64,000 bases of DNA, taken from positions 69,006,001 through 69,070,000 of the forward strand of contig NC_091987.1 in NCBI RefSeq assembly GCF_044704955.1. Direction: 5' to 3'. The notes beneath the pieces were generated by a model, which saw only the letters and a list, made by a program, of their open reading frames with translations, was not told where the DNA came from and did not search any database. The DNA is from Pristiophorus japonicus. Its lineage: Eukaryota. Positions 1 to 12,155 of the stretch are shown piece after piece (the stretch's first letter is position 1; every line of letters begins with the position of its first letter). The position numbers and the translations under genes are program-made.

Positions 1-350
1 CCACTTTGATTGTTGTTATTGATGGTCGGGATATAGGCATGACTGGCAAGGCTGGCATTTCTAGTCTGTGGGACAGCTCTCCCAATTTTGGCACAAGTCC
101 CCAGATGTTTGTGAGGAGGACTTTGCAGGGTCAACTGGGCTGGGTGTGCTTTTGTTGTGTTCAAAACAGATGCCTAAGTCAATGCCAGGTGGTCATTGAG
201 TTTTTTGTAGCGGTTCAATACAACCGAGTGGCTAGCTAGGCCATTTCAGAGGGCAGTTAAGAGTCAATCACATTGCTGTGTGTCTGGAGTCACACGCAGG
301 CCAGACTGGGTAAGGAGATCAGGTTTCCTTCTCTGAATGAGATTAGTCAC
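1..350 (-). mobile_element. Internally deleted CR1-related/SINE fragment (same family as 41095-41820)
   Basis: The block ggccatttcagagggcagttaagagtcaatcacattgctgtg...ggccagactggg at ~238-310 recurs at ~41267-41340. A reversed CR1-type 3' tail (ctggcaaggctggcattt) lies near position 45. Confidence 0.5.
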
Positions 351-379
351 ATTTTTTCTTCGTAAAGCAATAATTTTGT

Positions 380-1860
380 TTAATTACCATTTCTGATTGC
401 AGCATAACCCTTTGAACCAAAGGTTGTGGCATAGTGGTATACAGTCAGGAAGGAGTGACAGGGAGTTGTCAACATTGACTCTGGACTGTAAGCGGGCGGG
501 GGGGGGGGGTGAATTGGGAGTTTGTGTTCTCTATGAGGGGGTCGGGTTCCCTTTTGACCAACTTGAGCGGTTCGAATCACTACCACTCCCTTGGGTTCTG
601 TACTCTGGATTTATTTGGGGGGTGTGACAAAAGTGCAGAGGACACTGGTTTGATGCAAAGAGCTATGGTTTTATTGCAGTGAAGGTAACACAGACTTATT
701 ACTCTAGTAAGAAAATACACGGCCAAACTTACAATCACTCTAATAAAGGACAGTACAAGGAAAGGTACAAGGTCAAACTTAAAATCACAAATCACTCGAA
801 TAAAGAACCATGCACTACACATTCAAAGGGGGTTGCAGTAAAATTATACATCCCACCTACCAACACCTAATTTTAGCTAGGCTAGATTCCAGGGCAGGCA
901 GGGGACTTATGCTTACCAATCCTTTTGATAGTTAATGGTAGATCATGATGTTCTTCCTTCCTTCAGGACTTCAAGACTTCGAGGCTGGAGAAGTTAGTTT
1001 ATAACTGTCATGTTGGTTTCTCTCCTTGTCTTGATGAGGTAGTGGCAGCCTTGTAGCTACCTAGCAACCACCTCTCTCCCTAACTCCTGTTGAAAACAGT
1101 GGCCAGTTATACGATTTCAGTGTTCTAATCTGAGCGCCAAATCTCTTCAAAATCCTTTGTATAATTTTGGTGGGCTTGGTTCTTTGTAATATTTTGTCGG
1201 GCTCGTTAAAAGTTGATATGTCTTGGGTGGATTGATGTTCGAAAACTGTTTCTTGATGGAAATATTAGTTTGGTAATTGCAATGTCCTTTTGTGCTTGGT
1301 CTTTTGCATACAGGCTGGATTGGGCCTCTGCGTGATGTATATGCTGAAATGGTTGTCCAGACCCATGTTGATGGGGAGCTACCTCTGGGTGATTTTCTGA
1401 TGTTAATGTCTCTTGTGGAGAAGGATTTTCAAATACTCAATCTTCTAGACAGGTTAACTCAGTTCTCACACCCAGGTAGCTTTACTTAATTAGACTGTCT
1501 CTTGCTAGCTCCGTAGGTCCGCCCACAGCCTTGAGTTTGTCTTTTAAAATCCAAAATTCTATTAAAGTTTGTAGTTTCTTCCATAAGCACTTTAGAGTTC
1601 CAAATTTTTCGGTAGATAGTTCCAAATTAAATTTCCTTTCAAATGAACCCAAACACTGGGGGGTGGGGGGTTTCTTGTGAATTTTGCATTCCTTCAGCAC
1701 CCCATGAAGTTTCATGGCATCAGGTCGAATATGGGCAAGGAAACCTCCTGCTGATTACCACCTCCCACCCTGACTGAGCTGATGATAAGGTACTCCTCCA
1801 TGTTAAACACCACTTTGCAGAAGCACTGAGGCAAGGGCACAAAATATACTTGTCCATTGA
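380..1860 (+). mobile_element. Old CR1 endonuclease-region fragment, split by the solo LTR at 487-1696
   Basis: caacattgactctggac | cccatgaagtttcatggcatcaggtc...aaacctcctgctgattaccacc joins into contiguous CR1 endonuclease-like coding sequence once 487-1696 is removed. Confidence 0.55.
487..1696 (-). mobile_element. Solo LTR, ~1.2 kb (ERV-like)
   Basis: TG...CA termini (tgtaag...ccttca). 4-bp TSD GGAC (483-486) / GCAC (1697-1700), one mismatch. It cleanly interrupts a CR1. AATAAA on the minus strand near 670. Confidence 0.65.
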
Positions 1861-4080
1861 CTCCATGTGTCCATAAATTTTAGAAATTGGAACTACTGGA
1901 TGTCCTAAACATTTATGTCATACATAATATGATATTAGCATGTAACTACAACGGCTTACATGGGCAACTTTAATCTACATATAGATTGGGCTAACCAAAC
2001 TGGTAGTAATACAGTGGAGAAGGATTAGAAATGGAGTGTATTAGGAATGGTTTTCTAGACCAATATGTCAAGGAACCAATTAGAGGGCTGGCCATCCTAG
2101 ACTGGGTGATGTGCAATGAGAAAGGACTAATTAGCAATCTTGTTGTGTGAGGCCCCTTGGCGAAGAGTGACTATAACATAGTAGAATTCTTTATTAAGAT
2201 GGAGAGTGACACAGTTAATTCAGATACTAGGATCCTGAACTTAAGGAAAGGTAACTTCGATGGTTTGAGGCGTGAATTGGCTAGAATAGACTGGCGAGTG
2301 ATACTTAAAGGGTTGATGGTGGATAGGCAATGGCAAACTTTTAAAGATCACATGGATGAACTTCACCAATTGTACATCCCTGTCTGGAGTAAAAATAAAG
2401 CTGGGAGGGTGGCTCAACCGTGGCTAACAAGGTAAATTAAGCATAGTGTTAAATCCAAGGAAGAGGCATATAAATTGGCCATAAAAAGCAGCAAACCTGA
2501 GGACTGGGAGAAATTTAGAATTCAGCAGAGGAGGACAAAGGGTTTAATTAGGAGGGGGAAAATAGAGTATGAGAGGAAGCTTGCTGGGAACATAAAAACT
2601 GACTGCAAAAGTTTCTATAGATATGTGAAGAGAAAAAGATTAGTGAAGACAAACATAGGTCCCTTGCAGTCAGAATCGGGTGAATTTATAATGGGGAACA
2701 AAGAAATGGCAGACCAACTGAACAAATACTTTGGTTCTGTCTTCACGAAGGAAGACACAAATAACCTTCCGGAAATACTAGAGGACCGAGGGTCTAGTGA
2801 GAAGGAGGAACTGAAGGAAATCCTTATTAATCAGGATATTGTGTTAGCAAAATTGATCGGATTGAAGGCCGATAAATCCCTAGTGCCTGATAGTCTGCAT
2901 CCCAGAGTACTTAAGGAAGTGGCCCTAGAAATAGTGGATGCATTGGTGATCATTTTCCAACAGTCTATCGACTCTGGATCAGTTCCTATGGCTTGGGGGT
3001 AGCTAATGTAACACCACTTTTTAAAAAAGGAGGGAGAGAGAAAACAGGGAATTATGACTGGTTAGCCTGACATCAATAGTGGGGAAAATGTTGGAATCAA
3101 TTATTAAAGATGAAATAGCAGTGCATTTGGAAAGCAGTGACAGGATCAGTCCAAGTCAGCGTGGATTTATGAAAGGGAAATCATGCTTGACAAATCTTCT
3201 AGAATTTTTTGAGGGTGTAACTATTACAGTGGACAAGGGAGAACCAGTGGATATGGTGTATTTGGACTTTGAAAAGGCTTTTGACAAGGTCTCACACAAG
3301 AAATTGGTGTGCAAAATTAAAGCACATGGTATTGGGGGTAATGTATTGACGTGGATAGAGAATTGGTTGGCAGACAGGAAGCAGAAAGTCAGGATAAACG
3401 GTCCCTTTCAGAATGGCAGGCAGTGACTAGTGGGATGCCGCAGGGCTCAGTGCTGGGACCCCAGTTATTTACAATATACATGAATGATTTAGATGAAGGA
3501 ATTGAGTGAGCGGGGAGGTGCAACGAGACCTGGGTGTCATGGTACATCAGTCATTGAAGGTTGGCATGCAGGTACAGCAGGCGGTTAAGAAAGCAAATGG
3601 CATGTTGGCCTTCATAGCGAGGGGATTTGAGTACAGGGGCAGGGAGGTGTTGCTACAGTTGTATAGGGCCTTGGTGAGGCCACACCAGGAGTATTGTGTA
3701 CAGTTTTGGTCTCCTAACCTGAGGAAGGACATTCTTGCTATTGAGGGAGTGCAGCGAAGGTTCACCAGACTGATTCCCGGGATGGCGGGACTGACCTATC
3801 GAGAACTGGGCTTGTATTCACTGGAGTTCAGAAGAATGAGAGGGGACCTCATAGAAATGTTTAAAATTCTGACGGGTTTAGACAGGTTAGATGCAGGAAG
3901 AATGTTCCCAATGTTGGGGAAGTCCAGAACCAGGGGACACAGTCTAAGGATAAGGGGTAAGCCATTTAGGACCGAGATGAGGAGAAACTTCTTCACCCAG
4001 AGAGTGGTGAGCCTGTGGAATTCTCTACCACAGAAAGTTGTTGAGGCCAATTCATTAAATATATTCAAAAAGGAGTTAGA

Positions 4081-6233
4081 AACATAGAAACATAGAAAAT
4101 AGGTGCAGGAGTAGGCCATTCGGCCCTTCTAGCCTGCACCGCCATTCAATGAGTTCATGGCTGAACATTCAACTTCAGTACCCCATTCCTGCTTTCTCGC
4201 CATACCCCTTGATCCCCCTAGTAGTAAGGACCTCATCTAACTCCTTTTTGAATATATTTAGTGAATTGGCCTCAACAACTTTCTGTGGTAGAGAATTCCA
4301 CAGGTTCACCACTCTCTGGGTGAAGAAGTTCCTCCGCATCTCGGTCCTAAATGGCTTACCCCTTATCCTTAGACTGTGACCTCTGGTTCTGGACTTCCCC
4401 AACATTGGGAACATTCTTCCTGCATCTAACCTGTCTAACCCCGTCAGAATTTTAAATGTTTCTATGAGGTCCCCTCTCAATCTTCTGAACTCCAGTGAAT
4501 ACAAGCCCAGTTGATCCAGTCTTTCTTGATAGGTCAGTCCCGCCATCCCAGGAATCAGTCTGGTGAACCTTCGCTGCACTCCCTCAATAGCAAGAATGTC
4601 CTTCCTCAGGTTAGGAGACCAAAACTGTACACAATACTCCAGGTGTGGCCTCACCAATGCCCTGTACAACTGTAGCAACACCTCCCTGCCCCTGTACTCA
4701 AATCCCCTTGCTATGAAGGCCAACATGCCATTTGCTTTCTTAACCGCCTGCTGCACCTGCATGCCAACCTTCAATGACTGATGTACCATGACACCCAGGT
4801 CTCTTTGCACCTCCCCTTTTCCTAATCTGTCACCATTCAGATAATAGTCTGTCTCTCTGTTTTTACCACCAAAGTGGATAACCTCACATTTATCCACATT
4901 ATACTTCATCTGCCATGCATTTGCCCACTCACCTAACCTATCCAAGTCGCTCTGCAGCCTCACAGCATCCTCCTCGCAGCTCACACTGCCACCCAACTTA
5001 GTGTCATCCGCAAATTTGGAGATACTACATTTAATCCCCTCATCTAAATCATTAATGTACAGTGTAAACAGCTGGGGCCCCAGCACAGAACCTTGCGGTA
5101 CCCCACTAGTCACTGCCTGCCATTCTGAAAAGTACCCATTTACTCCTACTCTTTGCTTCCTGTCTGACAACCAGTTCTCAATCCATGTCAGTACACTACC
5201 CCCAATCCCATGTGCTCTAACTTTGCACATCAATCTCTTGTGTGGGACCTTGTCGAACGCCTTCTGAAAGTCCAAATATACCACATCAACTGGTTCTCCC
5301 TTGTCCACTCTACTGGAAACATCCTCAAAAAATTCCAGAAGATTTGTCAAGCATGATTTCCCTTTCACAAATCCATGCTGACTTGGACCTATCATGTCAC
5401 CTCTTTCCAAATGCACTGCTATGACATCCTTAATAATTGATTCCATCATTTTACCCACTACCGATGTCAGGCTGACCGGTCTATAATTCCCTGCTTTCTC
5501 TCTCCCTCCTTTTTTAAAAAGTGGGGTTACATTGGCTACCCTCCACTCCATAGGAACTGATCCAGAGTCAATGGAATGTTGGAAAATGACTGTCAACGCA
5601 TCCACTATTTCCAAGGCCACCTCCTTAAGTACTCTGGGATGCAGTCCATCAGGCCCTGGGGATTTATCGGCCTTCAATCCCATCAATTTCCCCAACACAA
5701 TTTCCCGGCTAATAAGGATTTCCCTCAGTTCCTCCTCCTTACTAGACCCCCCGACCCCTTTTATAACCGGAAGGTTGTTCGTGTCCTCCTTCGTGAATAC
5801 CGAACCAAAGTACTTGTTCAATTGGTCCGCCATTTCTTTGTTCCCCGTTATGACTTCCCCTGATTCTGACTGCAGGGGACCTACGTTTGTCTTTACTAAC
5901 CTTTTTCTCTTTACATATCTATAGAAACTTTTGCAATCCGTCTTAATGTTCCCTGCAAGCTTCTTCTCGTACTCCATTTTCCCTGCCCTAATCAAACCCT
6001 TTGTCCTCCTCTGCTGAGTTCTAAATTTCTCCCAGTCCCCAGGTTCGCTACTATTTCTGGCCAATTTGTATGCCACTTCCTTGGCTTTAATACTATCCCT
6101 GATTTCCCTTGATAGCCACGGTTGAGCCACCTTCCCTTTTTTATTTCTATGCCAGACAGGAATGTACAATTGTTGTCGTTCATCCATGCGGTCTCTAAAT
6201 GTCTGCCATTGCCCATCCACAGTCAACCCCTTA
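4081..6233 (-). mobile_element. Young 5'-truncated CR1 LINE
   Basis: TSD AGTTAGA at 4074-4080 and 6234-6240. (ttctatgt)n tail at 4081-4098. Uninterrupted ORF2. Confidence 0.95.
4175..6226 (-). CDS. CR1 ORF2, reverse transcriptase portion (683 aa, no endonuclease)
   Basis: RT motifs [21 protein letters not shown] and KFADDTKL, with no stops or frameshifts. Confidence 0.9.
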   Translation of the reverse strand: MTVDGQWQTFRDRMDERQQLYIPVWHRNKKGKVAQPWLSREIRDSIKAKEVAYKLARNSSEPGDWEKFRTQQRRTKGLIRAGKMEYEKKLAGNIKTDCKSFYRYVKRKRLVKTNVGPLQSESGEVITGNKEMADQLNKYFGSVFTKEDTNNLPVIKGVGGSSKEEELREILISREIVLGKLMGLKADKSPGPDGLHPRVLKEVALEIVDALTVIFQHSIDSGSVPMEWRVANVTPLFKKGGREKAGNYRPVSLTSVVGKMMESIIKDVIAVHLERGDMIGPSQHGFVKGKSCLTNLLEFFEDVSSRVDKGEPVDVVYLDFQKAFDKVPHKRLMCKVRAHGIGGSVLTWIENWLSDRKQRVGVNGYFSEWQAVTSGVPQGSVLGPQLFTLYINDLDEGIKCSISKFADDTKLGGSVSCEEDAVRLQSDLDRLGEWANAWQMKYNVDKCEVIHFGGKNRETDYYLNGDRLGKGEVQRDLGVMVHQSLKVGMQVQQAVKKANGMLAFIARGFEYRGREVLLQLYRALVRPHLEYCVQFWSPNLRKDILAIEGVQRRFTRLIPGMAGLTYQERLDQLGLYSLEFRRLRGDLIETFKILTGLDRLDAGRMFPMLGKSRTRGHSLRIRGKPFRTEMRRNFFTQRVVNLWNSLPQKVVEANSLNIFKKELDEVLTTRGIKGYGEKAGMGY

Positions 6234-8508
6234 AGTTAGATGTAGTCCTTACTACTAGGGGGATCAAGGGGTATGGCAAGAAAGCAGGAATGGGGTACTG
6301 AAGTTGCATGTTCAGCCATGAACTCATTGAATGGCGGTGCAGGCTCGAAGGGCCGAATGGCCTACTCCTGCACCTATTTTCTATGTTTCTATGTTTCGAT
6401 GTAATATCTACAAGTTTGCAGATGACACTAAGCTGGGTGGCGGTGTGAGCTATGAGGAGGATGCTAAGAAGCTGCAGCGTGACTTGAACAGATTAGGTGA
6501 GTGGGCAAATGCATGGCAGATGCAGTATAATGTGGATAAATGTGAGGTTATCCACTTTGGGGGCAAAAACACGAAGGCAGAATATTATCTGAATCGCGGC
6601 AGATTAGGGAAGGAGCACCGAGACCTGGGTGTCATGGTACATCAGTCATTGGAAGTTGGCATGCAGGTACAGCAGGCAGTGAAGAAGACAAATGGCATGT
6701 TGGCCTTCATAGCTAGGGGATTTGAGTATAGGAGCAGGGAGGGCTTACTGCAGTTGTACAGGGTCTTGTTGAGGCCTCATCTGGAATATTGTGTTCAGTT
6801 TTGATCATCTAATCTGAGGAATGACGTTCTTGCTATTGAGGGAGTGCAGCGAAGATTCACCAGACTGATTCCCGGGATGGCAGGACTGACATATGAGGAG
6901 AGACTGGATCGACTGGGCCTATATTCACTGGAGTTTAGAAGGATGAGGGGGATCTCATAGAAACATATAAAATTCTGACAGGACTGGACAGGTTAGATGC
7001 AGGAAGATGTTGGGGAAGTCCAGAACCAGGGGTCACAGTCTAAGGATAAGGGGTAAGCCATTTCAGACCGAGGTGTGGAGAAACTTCTTCACTGAGAGTT
7101 AACCACCTGTGGAATTCTCTACCGCAGAGAGTTGTTGATGCCAGTTTGTTGGATGTATTCAAAAGGGAGTTAGGTATGGCCCTTATGGCTGAAGGGATCA
7201 AGAGGTATGGAGAGAAAGCAGGATAGGGGTACTGAGGTGAATGATCAGCCATGATCCTATTGAATGGCGGTGCAGGCTCGAAGGGTTGAATGGCCTACTC
7301 CTGCACCTATTTTCTATGTATCTAAAAACTTTATAAGCTCATGGACCATTTATATATTTGGTGTGTGAGTTTCTCTGTTTCAAGAACAAAATACTTCAGC
7401 CCAGTCTGTAGCCAGATATTGTCTACATGATTAGGGGAAATATGACAGAGGTAACTATTAACTATAAATATACAATATTCGAATATTTATTTTCTAACTT
7501 AGTTCTGTCCTTTGCATTCTATTTATAAGAAGCAAGCATTTTCATTATATATCACAAAACCTATGTAAAAGAAACTTTCTTTTAATTATAATGAATTATC
7601 CTATTTTATCAGATGTGTTGTATGCTGCAGTGTAATTTACTTAAGTAACATTTATTTTTAAAAACTATTAATATTTACATTTTAATTCATTTCATAATAG
7701 AATGGCATTTTACGTTGTACTTTAAATAGACTTACAGGTAGCCCTGGTAGTAGATGAGACTGAATTAAACATGAATTAATTATTACCTAGGTAGGCTTTT
7801 ATCACATTATTGATTGGACATTATTGTAGGTATCCACTGGAACTGGTCTTGCAACAAATGCTATAATTGTCCTTTTTACAGAATATGTAAAGCACAGCAG
7901 TAATATTTTATGAATGCAACTAGTTAAGAGCAGTTAGAGCGAAAGGAAGATATAGTGCACATGGATTGGAGTCGATTGTTCTTTTCTAGCTATAATAAAT
8001 AAATAAACCAGGGCATCATTTTCAACCATAAATGCTCTCTCTGTTTTGATGATTAGAGTAAAAGAATAGAAAATGTCCATCAAACTACCTCTTTATTGGA
8101 CAGTTTAAAAATGCACTGTTCCACATGTATCACCACGCTGTACTTTAATATCGATATATAGTGAAGTATGTATCAAACACCACATACATATGGCTTATCA
8201 AAATAATGATAGCCCTACACTTAGAATTCAGAGGGTAAAACTTGGTACAAATACGCATTGTTTAGTGAACCAACTTCATCTTTTCATAGATTCAGTGCAA
8301 ATGTTATCTAAATATATTTTTGATGAATATTAGCCACAAATACATTTTAACAAAGTCACAGTTCATTTCAGATAAAAATGCAGATTGGTTTTAAGCAAGC
8401 TTGTATTCTGTACTCACTTATATCTCTCTTTTATCAATACTCCCGAGTATCTGCTAGCTAAAGGGAATCCACCGTTAAAAGATTGTCATCCTCCTACAGA
8501 CCCTATTT

Positions 8509-11195
8509 TAGAATCATAGAATTGTATAGCACAGAAGGCAGTCAGTCCGTTGGGTCTGTGCCGACTCTGTTGAAGAGCAATCCAGGTAGTTCCACTCCAT
8601 GCTGTTCTTTCATCTTATTCAAGTATTTATCCAATTCCCTTTAGAAGGCTACTATTGAATCTTCCTCCACCACCAGCAGATAGTGCACTCTAAATCCTAA
8701 TCATTCGTTGCATAAAAAGTTTTTCTTCATGTCGCCTCTGGTTCTTTTGCCAATCACTTTAAATCTGTGTCCTCTGGTTATCAACCCTTCAGCCATTGGA
8801 AACAATTTATCTTTATTTACTCTATCTAAATCCTTCATGACTTTAAATACCTCTATCAAATCTCCTCTTAAGCCTCCCTTGCTCAAAGGAGAACAACCCC
8901 AGCTTCTCTAGTCTATCCACGTAACTGCAATCCTTCATCCCTAATACCATTCTAGTAAATCTCTTCTGTGTCCTCTGCAAAGCCTTCAAATCCTTCATAA
9001 CGTGTGGTGTCTAGAATTTGACACAATACTCCAAATGGGGCCAAACTAGTATTTTTTATTGGTTTAGCATAACTTCCTTGCTTTTGTACTCTGTGCCTCT
9101 ATTTATAAAGCCCTAGGATCCCATATGCTTTATTAATTGCTTTGTTAATCTGTCCTGCTACCTTCAAAGATTTGTACATAAGCACCCCCAAGTCTCTGTT
9201 CTTGAACCCCCTTTAAAGTGTAGCATTTAGCTGGTATTGCCTCTCCTCATTCCTCCTACCAAAATGTATCACCTAACACTTTTTTGCATTGAATTTCATC
9301 TGCCATGTGTCCACTCATTCCACTAACCCGTCTAAGTCCTCTTGCAGTCTATTACTATCTTCCTTACTGTTTACTACACTTCTAAGTTTCGTTTCATTGG
9401 CAAATTTCAAAATCGTGTCCTGTACCCCCAAGTACAAGTCATTAATGTATATCAAAAACAGCAGCGGTACTAGTACTGAACCTTGGGGAACTCCACTGTA
9501 TGCCTCCCACAAGTCTGAAAACAGCCATTCACCACAACACTGTTGCGCCAGCCTTTATAAATGGCCGCCTTCGACCTTACAAAGGCCTTTGACATTGTCA
9601 ATCACGAGGGTCCATGGAGCGTCCTCTTCCATTTCGGACACCCCAAAAGTATGTGGCCATCCTCCACCTGCTCCACGATGATAGGAAGGCCATGATCCTT
9701 ACCAACAGATCCATCACAGACCCCATCCACGTCCGGACCGGGGTCAAACAGGGCTGCATCATCGCCCCAACCCTCTTCTCAATCTTCCTTACTGCCATGC
9801 TCCACCTCACAGTCGGCAAGCTTCCCGCTGGAGTGGAACTAAACTACAGAACCAGTGGGAACCTGTTCAACCTTCGCCGTCTCCAGGCCAGATCCAAGAC
9901 CACTCCAACCTGTGTCGTCGAGCTGCAATACGCAGGCGACACCTGCATCTGAACACATACAGAGGCTGAACTCCAGGACATAGTCGACGTATTTACTGAG
10001 GCGTACGAAAGCATGGGCCTTACACTAAACATCAGTAAGACAAAGGTCCTCCACCAGCCTGTCCTCGCCGCACAACGCTGCCCCCCAGTCATCAAGATCC
10101 ACGACGAGGCCCTGGACAACATGGACCACTTCCCTTATCTTGGGAGCCTCCTATCAACAAGAGCAGGCATTGATGATGAGATCCAACACCGCCTCCAGTG
10201 AACCAGTGCAGCCTTCAGCCGCCTGAGGAAAAGAGTGTTTGAAGACAAGGCCCTCAAAACTGTCACCAAGCTCATGGTCTACAGGGCTGTAGTAATACCA
10301 GCCCTCCTGTATTGCTCAGAAACATGGACCATGTACAGCAGACACCTCAAGTTGCTGGAGAAATACCACCAACGATGTCTCCTCAAGATCCTACAAGTCC
10401 CCTGGGAGGGCAGACGTACCAACGTTGGCGTCCTCGTCCAGGCCAACATCCACAGCATTGAAGCACTGACCACACTTGATCAGCTCCGCTGGGCAGGCCA
10501 CATCGTTCACAGGCCAGACACGAGACTCCCAAAGCAAGTGCTCTATTCTGAACTTTTTCACAGCAAATGAGCCAAAGATGGGCAGCAGAAACGTTACAAG
10601 GACACCCTCAAAGCCTCCCTGATAAAGTGCGACATCCCTACTGACACCTGGGTGTACCTGGCCAAAGACCGCCCTAAGGGGAGGAAGTGCATCCGGGAGG
10701 GCGCTGAGCTCCCCGAGTATCGTCGCTGAGCGCATGCAGAAATCAAGCAGGGAGCAGAAAGAGCGTGCGGCAAACCAGTCCCACCCATCCCTTTCCTCAA
10801 CGTCTATTTGTCCCACCTGTGACAGAGACTGTGGCTCTCATATTGGACTGCTCAGCCACTTAAGAACTCATGTTAAGAATGGAAGCAAGTCTTCCTCGAT
10901 TCCGAGGGACTGCCGATGATGATGATGTTTTCTATCAGCCAATTTTCTATCCATGCTGCTACTGCCCGTTTTAGCCCATGTGCTTCAATTTTGCCAACAC
11001 ACTAATTATGTGCTACTTTTATCAAATGCCTTTTGGAAGTCTATATACATATCAACTGCACTGATCTCATCCACTCTGTTACCTCATCAAAACACTCAAT
11101 CAAGTTAGCCAAACATGATTTGCCCTTAAATCCATGTTGGCTCTCCTTTATTAGTACATGCTTGTCCAAGTGGCTGTTAATTTTCTCTGTTGTAC
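8509..11195 (-). mobile_element. Older CR1 LINE, interrupted by an RTE
   Basis: Reversed ttctatga-type tail at ~8509-8521. CR1 ORF remnants at 8701-8886 and 9315-9512 (GVPQGSVL). Resumes after 10927. Confidence 0.85.
9544..10927 (+). mobile_element. RTE (BovB-like) LINE, 5'-truncated
   Basis: RTE RT motifs GVKQGCIIAPTLF and LQYAGD, C-terminal CPTC...H zinc finger, (tga)n tail at 10917-10927. Confidence 0.9.
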
Positions 11196-11424
11196 AGACT
11201 ACTCGACCTGATTAACTCTCACTACAGTAATCTATCCTTAAATTGAACTGTAGCACTGGTTACATCTAATAAAATGTGTTTAACAATTTTATCTCCTATG
11301 CCTGACCCAAATACTTACTTTTCCACTTATGCATCAAACATTCATGTTTAGCATTCCACTGGCTGGATGTGGAGAAACTGGGAGTAGTGAGCTGTGGGAT
11401 TTATTCCCTCTGTGAACAACTTAC

Positions 11425-11544
11425 CTCACCGAAACTTTTCCTCACTGATCTTTTGACTGTAAGGTGTTGAACCTGGCAGGTGATGGCGGTTTCCAGGTCC
11501 CAGTGAATGTCTGTAATCCGCAGCCGGGAGCTCAGGTTGTAGGA
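11425..11544 (-). pseudogene. C-terminal half of an Ig C1-set domain exon
   Basis: The minus strand reads SYNLSSRLRITDIHWDLETAITCQVQHLTVKRSVRKSFGE, with the C1 hallmarks Y-x-x-x-S-x-L, W and T-C-x-V-x-H. It is followed by donors G|GTGAGG (phase 1) and GAG|GTAAGT. The N-terminal half is not recognisable. Confidence 0.65.
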
Positions 11545-12155
11545 TTAAATTAATCCAAGTTACAGCAAATGGAGAGAGAGCAACTGTGGGTTAAAGTTCT
11601 GGATATTTGATACCAAATGGGAAACTAAATAATTAGATTAGATTATGTCTCAACATACAAATCACAAGATACATATAATAAAATATAACATATGTACCCA
11701 AATGAAAAACGAGCCAGAATAATATCCCGTGATTTTACAATAAGTTTCATTCGGGTACAAATTCCCTTTGTTTTTATTTGGACCAATATCAAGAAAATTG
11801 AAATAAAATGACGATGCTTGTTTCACAAACCAGATTGCAATTCGCTTGTTATATAAATAATATTCCGCTGTTACTATAGAATCTTACAGCCCATCTTGCC
11901 TGTCCCGGCTTTGTGAAAGAGCTATCCAATAGTCCCACTCCTTTGCTCTTTCCTGCATTTTTTTCTTTTCAAGCATTTATCCAATATTGGTCTCCGCATT
12001 GTATGATTTTGTCTTTCTTCAAACGAAGGTTTTAAAAATTATATGAAAATCCTACTGTTTAATGGATATTGTGGAATTAAAGTTAAACGCTGGTGTATTC
12101 AGTCCAGTCCCCAGTGCACCGAGCATGTCAGTCCCAGATTAGATATGTGTGTATG

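Larger units (their letters stand above)
3510..6395 (+). mobile_element. Middle CR1 3' fragment (3510-4080 plus 6234-6395)
   Basis: CR1 C-terminal ORF 3506-4087 continues at 6241 (tgtagtccttactactagggg) and ends in a (ttctatgt)n tail at ~6378-6395. Confidence 0.85.
1959..7323 (+). mobile_element. Outer CR1 LINE (degraded ORF2), interrupted at ~3506-6395
   Basis: ORFs 2157-3426 and 6396-7040 are CR1 ORF2 ([19 protein letters not shown]). gaaggaattgag | tgtaatatctacaag is contiguous across the insert. ttctatg tail at ~7312. Confidence 0.9.

Noticed and set aside
487-1696. Solo LTR as the missing LTR of the ERV at 21038-27525
   Set aside because: No visible similarity to 21038-21388, it has its own TSD, and it is on the wrong side.
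7330-8500. AT-rich repeat-free stretch as the TM/cytoplasmic exon or 3' UTR of the VJ-C1 gene
   Set aside because: I could not find a hydrophobic exon with splice sites by eye.
12100-12145. Minus-strand SNLGLTCSVHWG as the missing first half of the C1 domain
   Set aside because: It is too short, is followed by a stop, has no clear acceptor and lies ~550 bp from the other half. Suggestive only.
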